From assembly GCA_973895155.1 (NCBI GenBank), contig OZ316891.1, forward strand, positions 13,857,037 through 13,921,036: a DNA stretch of 64,000 nt. The letters run 5' to 3'. Positions within the stretch are counted from its first letter, which is position 1, and each line of letters starts with the position of its first letter. A program made the position numbers and the translations under genes. The DNA comes from Marsupella aquatica (Eukaryota; Plantae; Marchantiophyta). The notes under the pieces were generated by a model. It worked only from the letters and a program-made list of their open reading frames with translations. It had not been told where the DNA came from and did no database searches. Below, in pieces: positions 34,704-46,958 of this stretch.

Positions 34704-35996
34704 TAAGTATTTAGTCTCAGACACTCTAATTAATGTGAGGTTAGATTAGAGGTAAGTGACGGTAATAGAGTGCCTGATACTAATATGATATGACTCTAAT
34801 TGTGGTCACATGTTAAATAGTATCACACACACTTAGGTTAAAACAAATACAAGGGACAATAGTCAAAATCTGCTAATAAAAATTTTTAATTGTGCACAAT
34901 ATTTGATCACAGTTTACAAAATTTACTACTCAAACATTGAGAAAACTTCATAAACTTGTCTACTACTCAAACATTGAACAAACTTCAGAAATTTATAACT
35001 CCTTCTCACATAGCACAAAATTGCAGTTTGGGGTACTAAATCACATGGAGCAAACAAGATCTATTTGATTCACTTCTATCAACTATGAATAACACATGCT
35101 GTCCCTGTGTCTCACACAAGCTACAAACTAACATCTTTTTCACTCTCCTACAACCTGTCCCCTGTGTCTCATCCTTGCAAGACGGCATACAGCCCCAAGA
35201 GAAGTGCGTTGAGCCGGCTCTTGACCTGGTTCACCAACATCAAGAGCCACTTCAACAGTAGCATCAATGTCAAGGCCAACTTGACTCCCTTCAAAATTTC
35301 GCTCGTTGCTATGATATTCTGAAGCTCAGGTGTAAATTGATTTTCAGACTATACACCATTCACATTTAGAGACAAACCGGTATTTATCATTGAATTTTGT
35401 GGTGCACATGTCATGTCTATCAACATAACTGTTCAGCTCTGCTACAAAGTCCCTTGTCAATGTCAAAAACCAATGTTTGCCTGGATTTATCAATTTCCCA
35501 TACGTGCCCTGTGTCCCAGTCCCCACATTTTTTGGGTCTTCATTTCTCAATTTTTTAAGTGCAGCGAGGATAAGCCAAAGGCGATGCATATTAATTACCA
35601 ATGACATTTTGACACAGTCTTGATTCTCTCTTGGATTCTCTTGCCCTTGGTAGCAAATCCAGCTATGATGGCCAATCCATTCCCGCAATGTTATCAGTTT
35701 GTCAACCTCCTTTCACAAAGTGACAAGCTAAAACACAAAGAAACTTTCTAAGAACATACACACAAAGAGATGTCATTGGTAGTCCGGATAACGTTGGAGT
35801 GGGTCCAGTTTAAGGTTACCACCAATAACATTGTTACTCTAATTATCAATGTTTTTCAATATGTTAGTTTATTTTTCAAAATTAGGGGTGATGGTAAATA
35901 GTGTCACTTGGCTGAAAATCAAGGGCTACCCCTAATTAGTGTGTGTGACACTAATGGATTAGTGACTCTAATTGTTTTGTGACACTAAATACTGTA
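34704..35996 (-). mobile_element. Decayed pogo-like (Tc1/mariner superfamily) DNA transposon
   Basis: Terminal inverted match: left AGTATTTAGTCTCA (34706-34719) against the right end, whose reverse complement reads TA-CAGTATTTAGTGTCA (ACTG end at 35994, TA at 35995-35996). The left end reads TA+AGTATTTAG, with the C missing. Subterminal CACACACACT/AGTGTGTGTG motifs are also inverted. Internal minus-strand broken peptide GKLINPGKHWFL...GLSLNVNGV*SENQFTPELQNIIA resembles, from memory, the C-terminus of CENP-B/DDE-type transposase-like proteins. Confidence 0.55.
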
Positions 35997-37428
35997 AAGA
36001 GTGTAGTCATCTAGGGTCTCAAATATAATAAGCAAGTAGTCTCACAGCAGTCCAGGTTTTGGTTCGGACGATGCGGCCAAAAGATGTGCTGCACTCACAG
36101 AGTCTGGCCATGGGGGATTTTACTGTTTCCCGGTTGTCAATTCTCTCCCCCCGCCCCAAACCCCCGCAATGGCCTGAGTGTTATAGTACCCAAAAAATGA
36201 ACCCCAAAAGGTCTGTGCACCAGTCAAACACACCCCTGGGCCATGTTCTGGATAGTGGCCCTATCCCACGGAAGAGTGAAACAGATACAGTAGTTCTTTG
36301 AGACCTCCTAATAAAGCGTGATAGAAATCTAAGATAGGGCTTACTTGTCTAGAGTTAAACCTCTAGACAATGACTTTGGGAACACATGCAAGCTCTGGTT
36401 GGAACTTGAAAAGGCCTGATGGTACTCACCATCTACTGTGACTCTGGGGGCATAGGTATTGTCTTTTTTGGGGGGGAGGGGGGGCTGCAAACTGGCATGA
36501 TAGTACTCACCATTTATTTTCAAGCAAAGCTTGAGCAATCAGACTAGTCTACTAAAATACCTTCATAAAGTTTTGGAAATTACAATTCAATGTTCAATGC
36601 AAGTGGTCCTTATGACAATTGAGAGCAAAAGAGCCAAACGCCATTGCTATGCAATGCGCGCAGTGTAGCGCAATATAGGCAATTATCTGTTGCAAGTCAG
36701 CACAGTGCCACAGCTGTTGGGAGGAACAAGGACACCTGTGCCGAGCCAAGACGTTGTAGGGGTATTTCTGTAATTATTATTTTTGTTTGGATTGCAAATT
36801 TTACTGACAAGTAGAAAAAAGAGAAATTTTCAAAAATATAAAATGTGAATCTTTATGCTATATATCAAATATGGTAGACATCCTTGTTATAGGGCATTAT
36901 TGAAATATTTTGCCCCAAACCAGGGCTTTAGCTAAAGTTGAGGGGACATCATGGTCCACAATGCTAAGGTTTGACATAAGATTCAATCCTTGCAATGAAG
37001 GTCATGTAGTAGTGTGCAAAGAAAGAAGAAGTTGAAAGGCCAGGTTTGTAAGCAAAAGATTAGACAATTTTTGCATTTTTGTTTGACACTGTAAACTTTA
37101 GGACTTTGAGTTATATTGCTAGATTGATGGATAGCTGCACAATATACTCCTCAAAGCAAGGTTTGTATTGTAGAAAATAAATGAACTCAGAAATACAAAG
37201 CCAAAACTCACCAAATTCTTTCCAAGAATTCAAAAATATACAAGTTCCTGATTCATGCAAGTTCCTAATTCATGCAAGTTCCTTACTCCACCATTCCTGT
37301 CAACAAATTACAAGTATTAGAGCAAAACATTGGCACTATGTAATGTGCACAGTACAGTGCAAAATAGGCTATGATCTGTTGCAAGTCCCCCGCTGCAAAC
37401 AACAAACAACAAATGCAGACCGTGAGTT

Positions 37429-38116
37429 AAATCTACGTCAAGTTCATGCGCCCCCATTTTCCCAGGGCGCCGTACTCTGCCCGTCCCAGTCCCTGATGCT
37501 GCTGCCTGCTCCGGCCTGAGTTTGCCAGAACATAAACCAATAGTCTAACATTTGGTCGCCCGATCCGGCCCGATCAACTTTGTGCCATCAACTTTGGGTT
37601 TGTGTTTTGGCACCCATCACTTTTTAGGCTCCCCTTGAACACTTAGACTCTATCATGAAATAGGTATGACTCCATTGGAAGGAAGTGTTTCTAAAACATA
37701 AATCATGACTCCATTAAGAAGAAGCATTTGGCAAAACATCATCCAAGACTCTATCAATCAAATCATGACTCTTAACCAAGTACTAGGCTCCCTTGAACAC
37801 TTAGACTCTGTTACAAAACAAGTATAACTCTGTGGGAAAGAAGTGTTGCCAGAACATAAACCACGACTCCACAACGAAGAAGTCGATGACACAAAGTCAA
37901 TCGGGCCGGAGCGCGCAATAAAAAGTGATGGGTGCCAAAACATAAACCCAAAGTCGACGACACAAAGTTGATCGGGCCGGAGCAGGCGACAAAATGTTGG
38001 AGTATTGGTTTATGTTCTGGCAAACTCGGGCTGGAGCGGGCAGGAGCATCGGGCACTGGGACGGGCAGAATACGGTGCCCCAGGAAAGTGGGGGCGCATT
38101 AACTTGACGTAGATTT
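37429..38116. mobile_element. MITE/foldback element with ~195-bp terminal inverted repeats
   Basis: 37429-37625 is the degenerate reverse complement of about 37920-38116 (AAATCTACGTCAAGTT...GGCACCCATCACTTTT versus AAAAGTGATGGGTGCC...AACTTGACGTAGATTT). The ends can be read as TA|CGTCAAG...CTTGACG|TA. The spacer contains a direct repeat of TAGGCTCCC(C)TTGAACACTTAGACTCT. Confidence 0.75.
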
Positions 38117-40003
38117 GTAAATTTCTCCTTTTTTGTCTTAAATCCAGATTTTACTGAGAAGTAAAACATTTTTGTACATTTAAACTTTAAAATGTGAAGG
38201 TTGTTTAGGGGTCTCAAATATGGATCTATTTCTCTAGTCCCCAGGATAGGGCCACTGCCCAGTGCCCAGACTTTGCAAGCTCACTTATTTTGGTTTCTGT
38301 AACAGTCAGGACGTGGTGGGAGGAAGTGGTCAACTGGAAACCAAAAAATCATGCGACAGAAGTGTGCAGGCTAGTCTTTGTGAGCATCTCACATTTCTCA
38401 GCCGTATCAGTCTCAACCTCAACTTGGACTGCCATGAGAGTGCATGAGGACCATATTTGACACCCCCTAGTAGTAGCTCAAATAATGGAGGGATTATTTT
38501 GTAATTTTCCTTCGTTCATTCCTGAGTCTGACCCCAGGCCATCTCCTCTTGCAGGACCAGATCGTTCCTTCCCGAGGGCGACTCCAAGTCCCTCCTGCTC
38601 TTTGAGCGCCGTCCCTGCGAGTTCAGACGTCCGCGTCCCACGCCCTTTCTGTCTCGCCTTGCTCCCGCCTCAAGATTTGGACTTCGGACAGCAACAAGCC
38701 CCACCGTCGACGGCCGTCCCTTCTCCAGTCACAGCGGCAACGTCGTGCTACGCGGGCGCGTCACCTTCTCGGACGGCCGTCATAGCCGTCGCTTGACTCT
38801 GCTACGGTCCTGGTGAGACCTATGGTCCGTCTCCGCGTTTCGTGCGATCGCAGAGACACGTTATGAACCCAAAGCGAGGAAATGTCCCAACATCCAAGAT
38901 CGAGAGGAATGATGAAGAATGAAGTGGGGATGTTACGTAACAGCCTGTTCACCATTAATTTCTAGGGCTACTTTAGGAATAGGGCCGTCAAGTTGGGAGT
39001 CCAAACAAATTAGGAATCTAGCTGCTGGACTGGGACGAGGGCTATCAATAATTAGGAGTCAACCAATTTGTGAGTTGGACTCCAGGGTCATGTTCTAGAG
39101 GGTAATACCTGTCTGGGCATGGGCAGAAGGTTATTACTAAACTCTAATCCTATGACCAAAAAGAAAAGAAAAATTGGCCGTGTTAACCACGAGAAGCTAA
39201 CTTTATGGGAGCAAGATTCAGACTAGAACCCTAGCCCAAACAGTCCTTATAGTAAGCCCTTATAGCCCAAACAGTTCAGGAAGGCAATAACCCACATGTA
39301 AACATTTTTGGAGGCGTCCCCTATTCTCGTGATCTGTTGCCTAAAAGTTACCTTTTCCCAAACAGAAGTTACATACTATAATGCAATGTTGGGCAGGGGT
39401 TCTAGCTTGAACCCTGCTGCAATAAAGCTCAAAACACCTGCTCAAAACACCTTCCCAGTTGGAGTCGGTCAGGTTTTCTTCATTTTCTGGTCACAAGGTT
39501 AGAGTCTAGTAACCTTAAACAATACCTGCATTATCCTGTACATAAATGCAGCCCGGGAAAGGTTTACAATCACGAGTTTCCAGTCAAGAGATTATGGAAA
39601 TAGAAAGGACCTTCAGAAATGATTACACACCTGCAAACTTTATTCTATACTACATTTACATGTTGATTACAAAAGCTCTTTGCACAGTCTGCAATTTTAC
39701 ATAACTGTGACTTTGAGGTTCACCCAATAGAGTTTTTACTGGCTAAAATTGGAGGTGAAATATGTGGAGCAAAGAGTAGTCTTAATAGAGTATACTGTAA
39801 CCCAATAGAGTTTTTCACCTTAGACTAAGAGTAAATGCCTGAATAAATACACCTTCAATTCTAGAAAATGCATGTTGCTTGGCTGTGGAAGTGTGGAGGC
39901 ACAGCTGCGTCTCACCATGAGCTTTTCATCTCGTTTTTTATCAAAGACTTTACAGTGACCTACAGTACCTTTTTGGCCGAGAAAGTGATTAGGGCGTGTC
40001 AAA

Positions 40004-40770
40004 GTTAATCACTCTGTCTTGTTCAAGGCGTTCGCAACCAGGTCGAAGCATTTTCTCACGCTCCGGCAAAGAAATTCGAGCTTGATCTGCTCACACTCTT
40101 CGATTTCGTTGGCTAGACATTGCTGAGCTCTGTTAATTATTCTCTCTCGTGTTCAAGTCGTTCGCAACCAGGTCGAAGCATTTCCTCACGCTCCCGCAAA
40201 GAAATTTGAGCTTGATCTACTCACACTCTACGGTTTCGTTCGCTAGACCTCGAGCTCGATTAATTAACTCTCTGTCTTGCGGAAGTCGTTCGCAACCAGG
40301 TCGAAGCACTTTCTCACGCTCCTGCGAAGAGAACTTTAGCTTGATCTATTCACACTCTCTCGGTTTCGTTCGCTAGACATTCCTGAGCTCTATTAATTAA
40401 CTCTCTGTCTTGCGCAAGTCGTTCGCAACCAGGTTGAGGCACTTTCTCACGCTCCTGCGAAGATTTTTTAGCTTGATCTATCCACACTCTCGTTTTCGTT
40501 CTCTAGGCATTCCTGAGCTCTATGATTAGCTCTCTGTCTTGTTCAAGTCGTTGGCAACGAGGTCGAAGCACTTTCTCACGCTGCCGCCAAAGAAATTTTA
40601 ACTCGATCTCCTCACACTCTGCCTCGGTTGCTTTCGCTACTACGTTCCTGAGCTCTATGAATTAACTCTCTTTCGTGTTCAAGTCGTTCGCAACCAGGTC
40701 GAAGCTTTTTCTCACGCTCCGGCGAAGACATCTAAGCTCGATCTACTCACACTCTGTCTCCTGAATTCGT
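40004..40770. repeat. Tandem array of about 6 copies of a 128-136 bp unit
   Basis: The core TTCGCAACCAGGTCGAAGC...TCTCACGCTCC...CTTGATCT..TCACACTCT recurs, with substitutions, at 40031, 40161, 40289, 40422, 40551 and 40687. Confidence 0.95.
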
Positions 40771-41144
40771 TACTACGTTAGATTTAAGCATTTTGTCGAC
40801 ACTCAGCACAGAAATCTTAGCTTTACAAATACTGTCTGTGCACAGCATTCATTGATCTTTGCATTTGACAAACACTCTTGTCTGTCCACGGACTTTTCGA
40901 GCATTCATTGATCTTTGAATTTGACGAACTAAAATTCTGCAATGATGGCTCCTGAAGTTTACTAGAATGTCTCTGAGGCAATCGGGACTCCCGCTTATCA
41001 TGGTCTAACAAACATCTGGCAAAACTACATCTGACAGCGCGCCCGGTTTCTTCCCGTGTTCCGTGCGATTTCTCCCTGCGGACCAACGGACGGACAACAC
41101 TTTCTGTTAGGGAGCCTTCACTTCGCTCGGGAATTTCTTCGGCC

Positions 41145-44100
41145 ATGAATAAGCTCAAGATCAGCAGGGCTGTGACTCCAGACTTGTCTACCACAGCGTA
41201 TCTTCCGATGGGCATACACCATGGCAGAAGGTGCTGTCTACTTCAAATCCCTACTATAATGATCAAGGTGATTCGCCTGGCTACAATGAGTTAGGTTCTG
41301 CAGTATACTTATTGTATTCTTGTCATATTTTGTCACGAAAACAACTGGATGAACGAGTACCATATTCTGATTTGGAATGTTGAGTGTCTACTGAGTTATA
41401 GGTTTAGAGGGAGAATTCTTTCATTAACTGTGTATTGGCGGTGATGGCTGGATTTCTAGGCCTGGATCAAAATTAGAGGCACAAAGCGACTGCCACTACT
41501 ACAACCCCGTGGCAAGTACTCACTTCTCATCACGGCCTCCAGTTGAATACTCTGGATCACGGCCTCCAATTGAATACCTGGGATCTCAACACGACAGCCA
41601 GCAATCTTACTCGCAGGCAGTCTTGACTCAATCTCAAAACAGTCAGCAGATCTCCCAACAGTCAGGAGAAGACGTCGGGCTCCCCGATTATTCTGTGAGT
41701 TGAACTAGTTGGATGCAAGGTGGACGCAAAGTTAGAGAGATGACACGCCTGTTAAGCCTTGCAGCTCGTGAAGATTTCAGCAATATATGATAAAAAAACC
41801 ATAGTTGCTCTCCTCTGCTTGTGAGTGAATCCTGTTACTGTAACCTTGTTCTTCAGCCGCTAGTTGGAAAACAGTTGCGGCCTTCGCCGTTCGATTGTGA
41901 AGTGCTAAGGAGCTTTTGTTACTCGGAATCTTTGTAAACCTTGTACGCAGTGGTGGAATGGATCGAGAGCAAGACATCTCATTAACAAAAGGCCACTTTC
42001 TCCTAACCATGCGACACGGCCGACGCAAGTTCCTCATAATAGTAAAGATGGACGATATGATCTAAGCACTTCACAGTTAACAGCTCAAACTTTGCTGCAA
42101 CAAATCTCGAACCGTCAAGGCCCGACTGGCAAATGTCAGTTTGTTGCTTCCTACTTGAAACTTTTTTGATTCTGTGAGTAGAGATTATATGAAATGGTGT
42201 TATTAATTTAAGAGAACGCCCGTCCATTAGTTTAGAACTTGACCGCACAACACATGGCAAATTGCCTGCAGGCACCCTCACGGAATTGATGGAGAAGAGG
42301 CTCATGGATATACAAAATTGCTTGAATGGAATGGTGAAACGTTTGGACGAGCTTCAGGTCGAAGTTCGAGAGAATTTCTCTAGTATTAGAGCAAATGTTC
42401 AGGACGCCGCCAGAGACGGTACGAACCGACGAGCGTCTCTGATTTCACTCATTTTGTACAACGCCCCAGCAGTGGTCACATAGATTTCTAGTACGTTCTA
42501 TCGTATACCTATCATGGTTTTCTCAAGAACAATCACATTACCCGTAAGATAGGGGAATAAACTTTATCTGCTTTTTCTCACAGCTGACATCACTAGGAAA
42601 GAATCCACTCTGCAACGATTCCAACTTGAGGAGCTGTCCGATGAGCAGAAAAGGATTCCAACAAGCATAGCGGAACAGATCACAGAACTCAAAGTTGAAC
42701 TTCTCCAAAGCCAAAAAAAGGAATTGCAGGTACAGCGTCGAGTATTTGTACTTAAACTTCTCACAACTTCGAATCCAAGTGGGTTATCGTCTAAAATCGG
42801 ATTGAAGAGTCTCCCCTCTGCTGTTCAACACATACAAAGATACCTCAAGAAGTGGCTTGGAGAGTTGTGTTAAAATTACCGGATCATCAGAGAGAGAGGG
42901 CATTTGATATCCATAATACAAATAAGACCTGAACAACTGTCCGAAACCCCATTCGTTCAATCAGAAGGTATTAGGGAAGGTTTTTCACTTACAGCAGAAC
43001 AAGAATTGTAACCTGGAAATCCAAAGCCTACGGAAGAGCGAGCAGAGAAACAGACTTTCATTTCGTCTTTGACATATATATAGACGACCGTCATATTCAC
43101 AGCCAGTCTTGACGTTACTCTTCCCAGTAAAAAACATGGTTTTCAGCTTTCTACTCTCCATGAGAAGTTCGTCCACACGACTGAGATTGTGAAACACGTT
43201 CGTCCTTTCATTTCTCTACATATCGTTGTATGCTTGGCCGACGAACTCATTCTGATCAACGGCATCACTCTCGATCGTTTACAGTGTATGTTCAGTGAAT
43301 CCAAACCGATCGCGGGAATTATTCCTGACGAGTACGAGCACCAGAGGATAGATCCGGGTAAGTGTGACGGATCCATAACGGTAATAGACAGTTCCTGATC
43401 ATTGGACCCCGGCTCATCATTGGCTTTTCATCTCGAGATGTTAATCTCCTCTGGAATGGAACTTGCAATATCGTAAACTTCCTAGATGAAACCCATTCTT
43501 GCATGATTCTGTCCCTCGGTACTGCCTTCCTTTCTATTCCCTGGCACCTTATATGTATGATTATGATTTGGTCTCAGGATGACTCGCTCACAGATACAGC
43601 TGCAGGCTTCATGTGGGTCTAAGTGGGATGCAACCACGGTAGTTATGATCACTTACGATTCTAATGATCCCTCGTTTATGCACGTTTTTCAGGTGGTCAC
43701 TATAAGAGTATCCAAAGAGAAGCGAAGAATCATGAGGGGGCTGGGCACGAATGGATGCGCATGCCTCTTATTCATGAAGAGGCCCAACAAATATGCCACG
43801 AAACACGTCAAAAACTGACAAAGACCCGCCGTAAGATTTATTCTCGCCGAGTTTATACACAGTATTGTGTGAAATATGGTTCCCTCTTCCATGTTTTCAT
43901 GAACTGTGTTAGGAGGTTACATGAGCGGCTCAAAGGCTGGGAAATGTCAACTGAATTTTGCTATTTGAGATTTCCCTGTTGCGATATCCAAGATTTCTTG
44001 CTACTTGCGAGGCATTTGCGAGTCAAAGATCGAAGTAAGTTCTTATTCCGTGCCCACGATTTCTCTATCAGTCCAGAGACGTGCGAGCCGAAGCAGTGCG

Positions 44101-44165
44101 CTCGAGTAAATGACGCCTCCCGCCAATATCTCATTTTCCAAACAGGGCACCAGGCTCTGGAGTAA
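41145..44165 (+). CDS. PRD3: PRD3/PAIR1-like meiotic recombination-initiation coiled-coil protein (3' exons uncertain)
   Basis: Phase-consistent exons 41145-41230, 41460-41694, 41951-42134, 42272-42418 and 42584-42729. The N-terminus MNKLKISRAVTPDLSTTAYLP...RR resembles the PRD3/PAIR1 motif MKLKINKACDLxSISVLPP..RR. It is followed by SQHDSQQSYSQ (compare SQQSFSQ) and a coiled coil KCTLTELMEKRLMDIQNCLNGMVKRLDELQVEV...ITRKESTLQRFQLEEL. Candidate later exons lie near 43147-43197, 43285-43357 and from 43693 (EEAQQICHETRQKLTKTRRK, a basic tail). The exact stop is unresolved. Confidence 0.62.
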
Positions 44166-45615
44166 TGGCTCCACACCTCTGTTCACGCAAGTGTGTGCGC
44201 AGCGGTTGGCATGGGGGTTTTGGTCATTCAGCAGTGGTCTGAGATTGCGCCCGCAATATCTCCTCTTCATGTGGTGGTGATGTGCAATGGTGCGCGCCAC
44301 ACACGACGATCAACACTCTCTACTCAGGTGGTATACTACGACAGTTTGAGCCTAACGAGAACACTGCCGTGCGGGAGTTGCTAAGCCGAAATTGTCCATC
44401 TTATAATCGGAAGTGTAGAAACAGGATTAGTATGTGAGCATTGAGGTAATTGCTTGATCAAGAACAAGGAGTTCCCACAGTCAACCTTCCAAAATGCCTA
44501 GTGCTCTAGTAAGGAATCAATTCAAATTCACACGTAGCATATAGCAAGGAAATTGAAATTAACCTCGCAACGGCGTTTGCTGCGCATGCATGCCATGGAA
44601 TATCCTTTTGACATTCAATCTTACATTGCGAATGTGGAGAAGTCTGACGGAACACAGGGAAACTTTGCCCTACAATCTTACGAAAATTAAGAAGTCAGAA
44701 GGATGCAAATAAGTTTTCACTTTGCACGTCAGAAGCCTCCTAATGTGGACGACTTAAAACCTGTACCAAGTAGGAGTCTCAGCCATTGAGAACAGTTTAC
44801 GAAAGTTGTGCAAATGTGAAAGAAGACTTTAGGGTTCAGAACGAAAGTTTCACCTTCGGAACGAACGTGATTGGTGTAAAAACTCGGATTTCGTGAGCAA
44901 CAAAAGCCATTTGGATTTCGTGTTTTAAGTATTGCATCAGCGGACTAGTACTGCAGTTCACGAGTTCACAAACTGGAACTCCTAAGGGAACCGGTTGCAT
45001 TTTGTGCAATTTTACTTTTCCTACTCTTGAGAGCATTTGTTAGCGTAACCGATGGGCCCAGAGCGACCCAGAGCAGGGGGGTGGGTATACTTTCTATGCT
45101 GTGAACAAATTCATGGAAGATTTGATCAGCCAAGTTTTGCTCATTGCAACAAAGTTGCTATCACTGCGGGAATATCAGGTACCTATTCTACACGTAGTGT
45201 GGCTGCTCATGTCATCCATCCGGTACATTCACATGCCCTCTTCTCACTCATGACTTCAGTAGAAGGTGCAATGCACTCTCCACCCAACTGTAACCCAGCT
45301 CATATCCTCGTCCGGTACTATATGCTCGTTTCTCACTCATCAATAGGTGGAAACTGGGATATACCATACACCAACAATAACCCGTAACAATCCCAACATT
45401 TTTTCTGATGCTCAACACTTGTTGGGGTAAGAGAAAGCAAGGAGGTGGGTACACATTTCATGCTCTAACCAAGTCCACATATCATGCCGGTCATTGCAAG
45501 AAGGAGCTCTTCCCCATGTATCAGATTACTAACTTCAGACGAGTCCAGGTCCTGAGACAAACAACTAAACCAAGATCTCCAGCACAATACAAAGATTGGC
45601 ACGCTCCAGTGCATT

Positions 45616-45739
45616 GAGAATACACACCAATGAAAATCTCCAAAGTAAAATGGCAACAGACTCACTTGCAATCGAGGAGAATACACACCAATGAAAATCT
45701 CCAAAGTAAAATGGCAACAGACTCACTTGCAATCGAGGA
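45616..45739. repeat. 61-bp exact tandem duplication
   Basis: GAGAATACACACCAATGAAAATCTCCAAAGTAAAATGGCAACAGACTCACTTGCAATCGAG at 45616 and 45677. Confidence 0.95.
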
Positions 45740-46361
45740 ATGCTGTACATTAGCGATTCTCATTTCAAAATAATATTTACAGAGGTCCATCTCGCACCAG
45801 CGTCACCACGGTCATTCTAAACTCCCGGGTATAGACTAATTCGTCTGCTTGTGCTGAATAGGACTGGATTTTCAACTACAATCGCTGATCCCACGTAAGC
45901 CATTTTCTTTTCACTTTTCCGCAAAAAGGGAAAATGCACCTGCTCACATGCTCGCAATAGCTCATCCCACAGGAGTAGACCACTTCCTTCTCACTTTCCC
46001 GCCAAAAGGGAAATATGCACCTGCTCGCTTCTCGTTCAGATTTCCGCATCCTCACCCCGTAAGATGGGAAGAATTACTTGATAGTTCCCTAAGAAGTCCT
46101 GCGAGAAGAGACACGATGTTGTTAAGATCTCACCCACACAAAAAGTCCGAATTTGCTGCCTTCTGTACATTTCATGATAGTTAACAAGATCAAATGAGTT
46201 CGCAGGACGAAACAATAGACCAGAACAATACGAGCGCTTATCGGAAAACAAGTACACCCGAAAATAAGGTAGGACCTACTCAAAACGAATTAATTTGCTT
46301 CCTTCCTATTGATTTTCTTGTGTGAAGGGGTGGGAGAGAGATGTGAGTTAGGCAAGAGATC

Positions 46362-46958
46362 TCACCAGCACTGATCAGTTTCCCAATTGCACCCCCGCCA
46401 TTGTGGTGTCTTCCAGTCTTCTACCTTCATAACCTTGCTGTAGACAGAGTTTCTAATTTCATAGTTGTACATGGATCGCGTCCGGGGATCCTTAAGAACC
46501 GAGTATGCTCTGTGAACTTCCATGAACTTCTTCTGATACTCCTGCACTTGATTCGGCGGGGCTTGATCTGGGTGGACCTCTTTCGCCATCCGCCTGAAAG
46601 CTGCCTTAATTTCGTCGTCTGTCACCATATCAGAGATCCCCAGCACATCGTACAGTGTTGTAGGCTTCATCACTGATGGAGAATACATCACGGCCGGCTC
46701 CACGGTACTGCTGGAAGCAGCCGAATACCCGCATCCGACGTCCAGACGCCTCCGGTCAGAAGTAGAGCCTAGCCCAAAACGAGGAGGACTCTTGAGATCA
46801 GTCACTGCAACGCATTTCCTAGGGGAAGAAGCCTGAAGAGAGGAATCCCGTGGCGATCCCGAGAAGAAGACATCAGTAGTCACAGTTGTACACAGAGCCG
46901 ACGGCACCGCTAACCTACAGTGCAACTGCTGCAAAGCGCTCGACTTCAAACCTGCCAT
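46362..46958 (-). CDS. Small chloroplast J-domain protein (DnaJ11/DJC type), 198 aa, intronless CDS
   Basis: Ser-rich N-terminus resembling a transit peptide. J-domain TLYDVLGI...EIKAAFRRMAKEVHPD...FMEVHRAYSVLKDPRTRSMY with the HPD motif. Family-typical C-terminus NWETDQCW. Confidence 0.93.
   Translation of the reverse strand: MAGLKSSALQQLHCRLAVPSALCTTVTTDVFFSGSPRDSSLQASSPRKCVAVTDLKSPPRFGLGSTSDRRRLDVGCGYSAASSSTVEPAVMYSPSVMKPTTLYDVLGISDMVTDDEIKAAFRRMAKEVHPDQAPPNQVQEYQKKFMEVHRAYSVLKDPRTRSMYNYEIRNSVYSKVMKVEDWKTPQWRGCNWETDQCW

Noticed and set aside
40004-40770. Tandem array as a CRISPR array, tRNA cluster or repeat protein
   Set aside because: Whole units are homologous with no unique spacers, I see no cloverleaf or properly spaced A-box, and unit lengths break the reading frame and contain stops.
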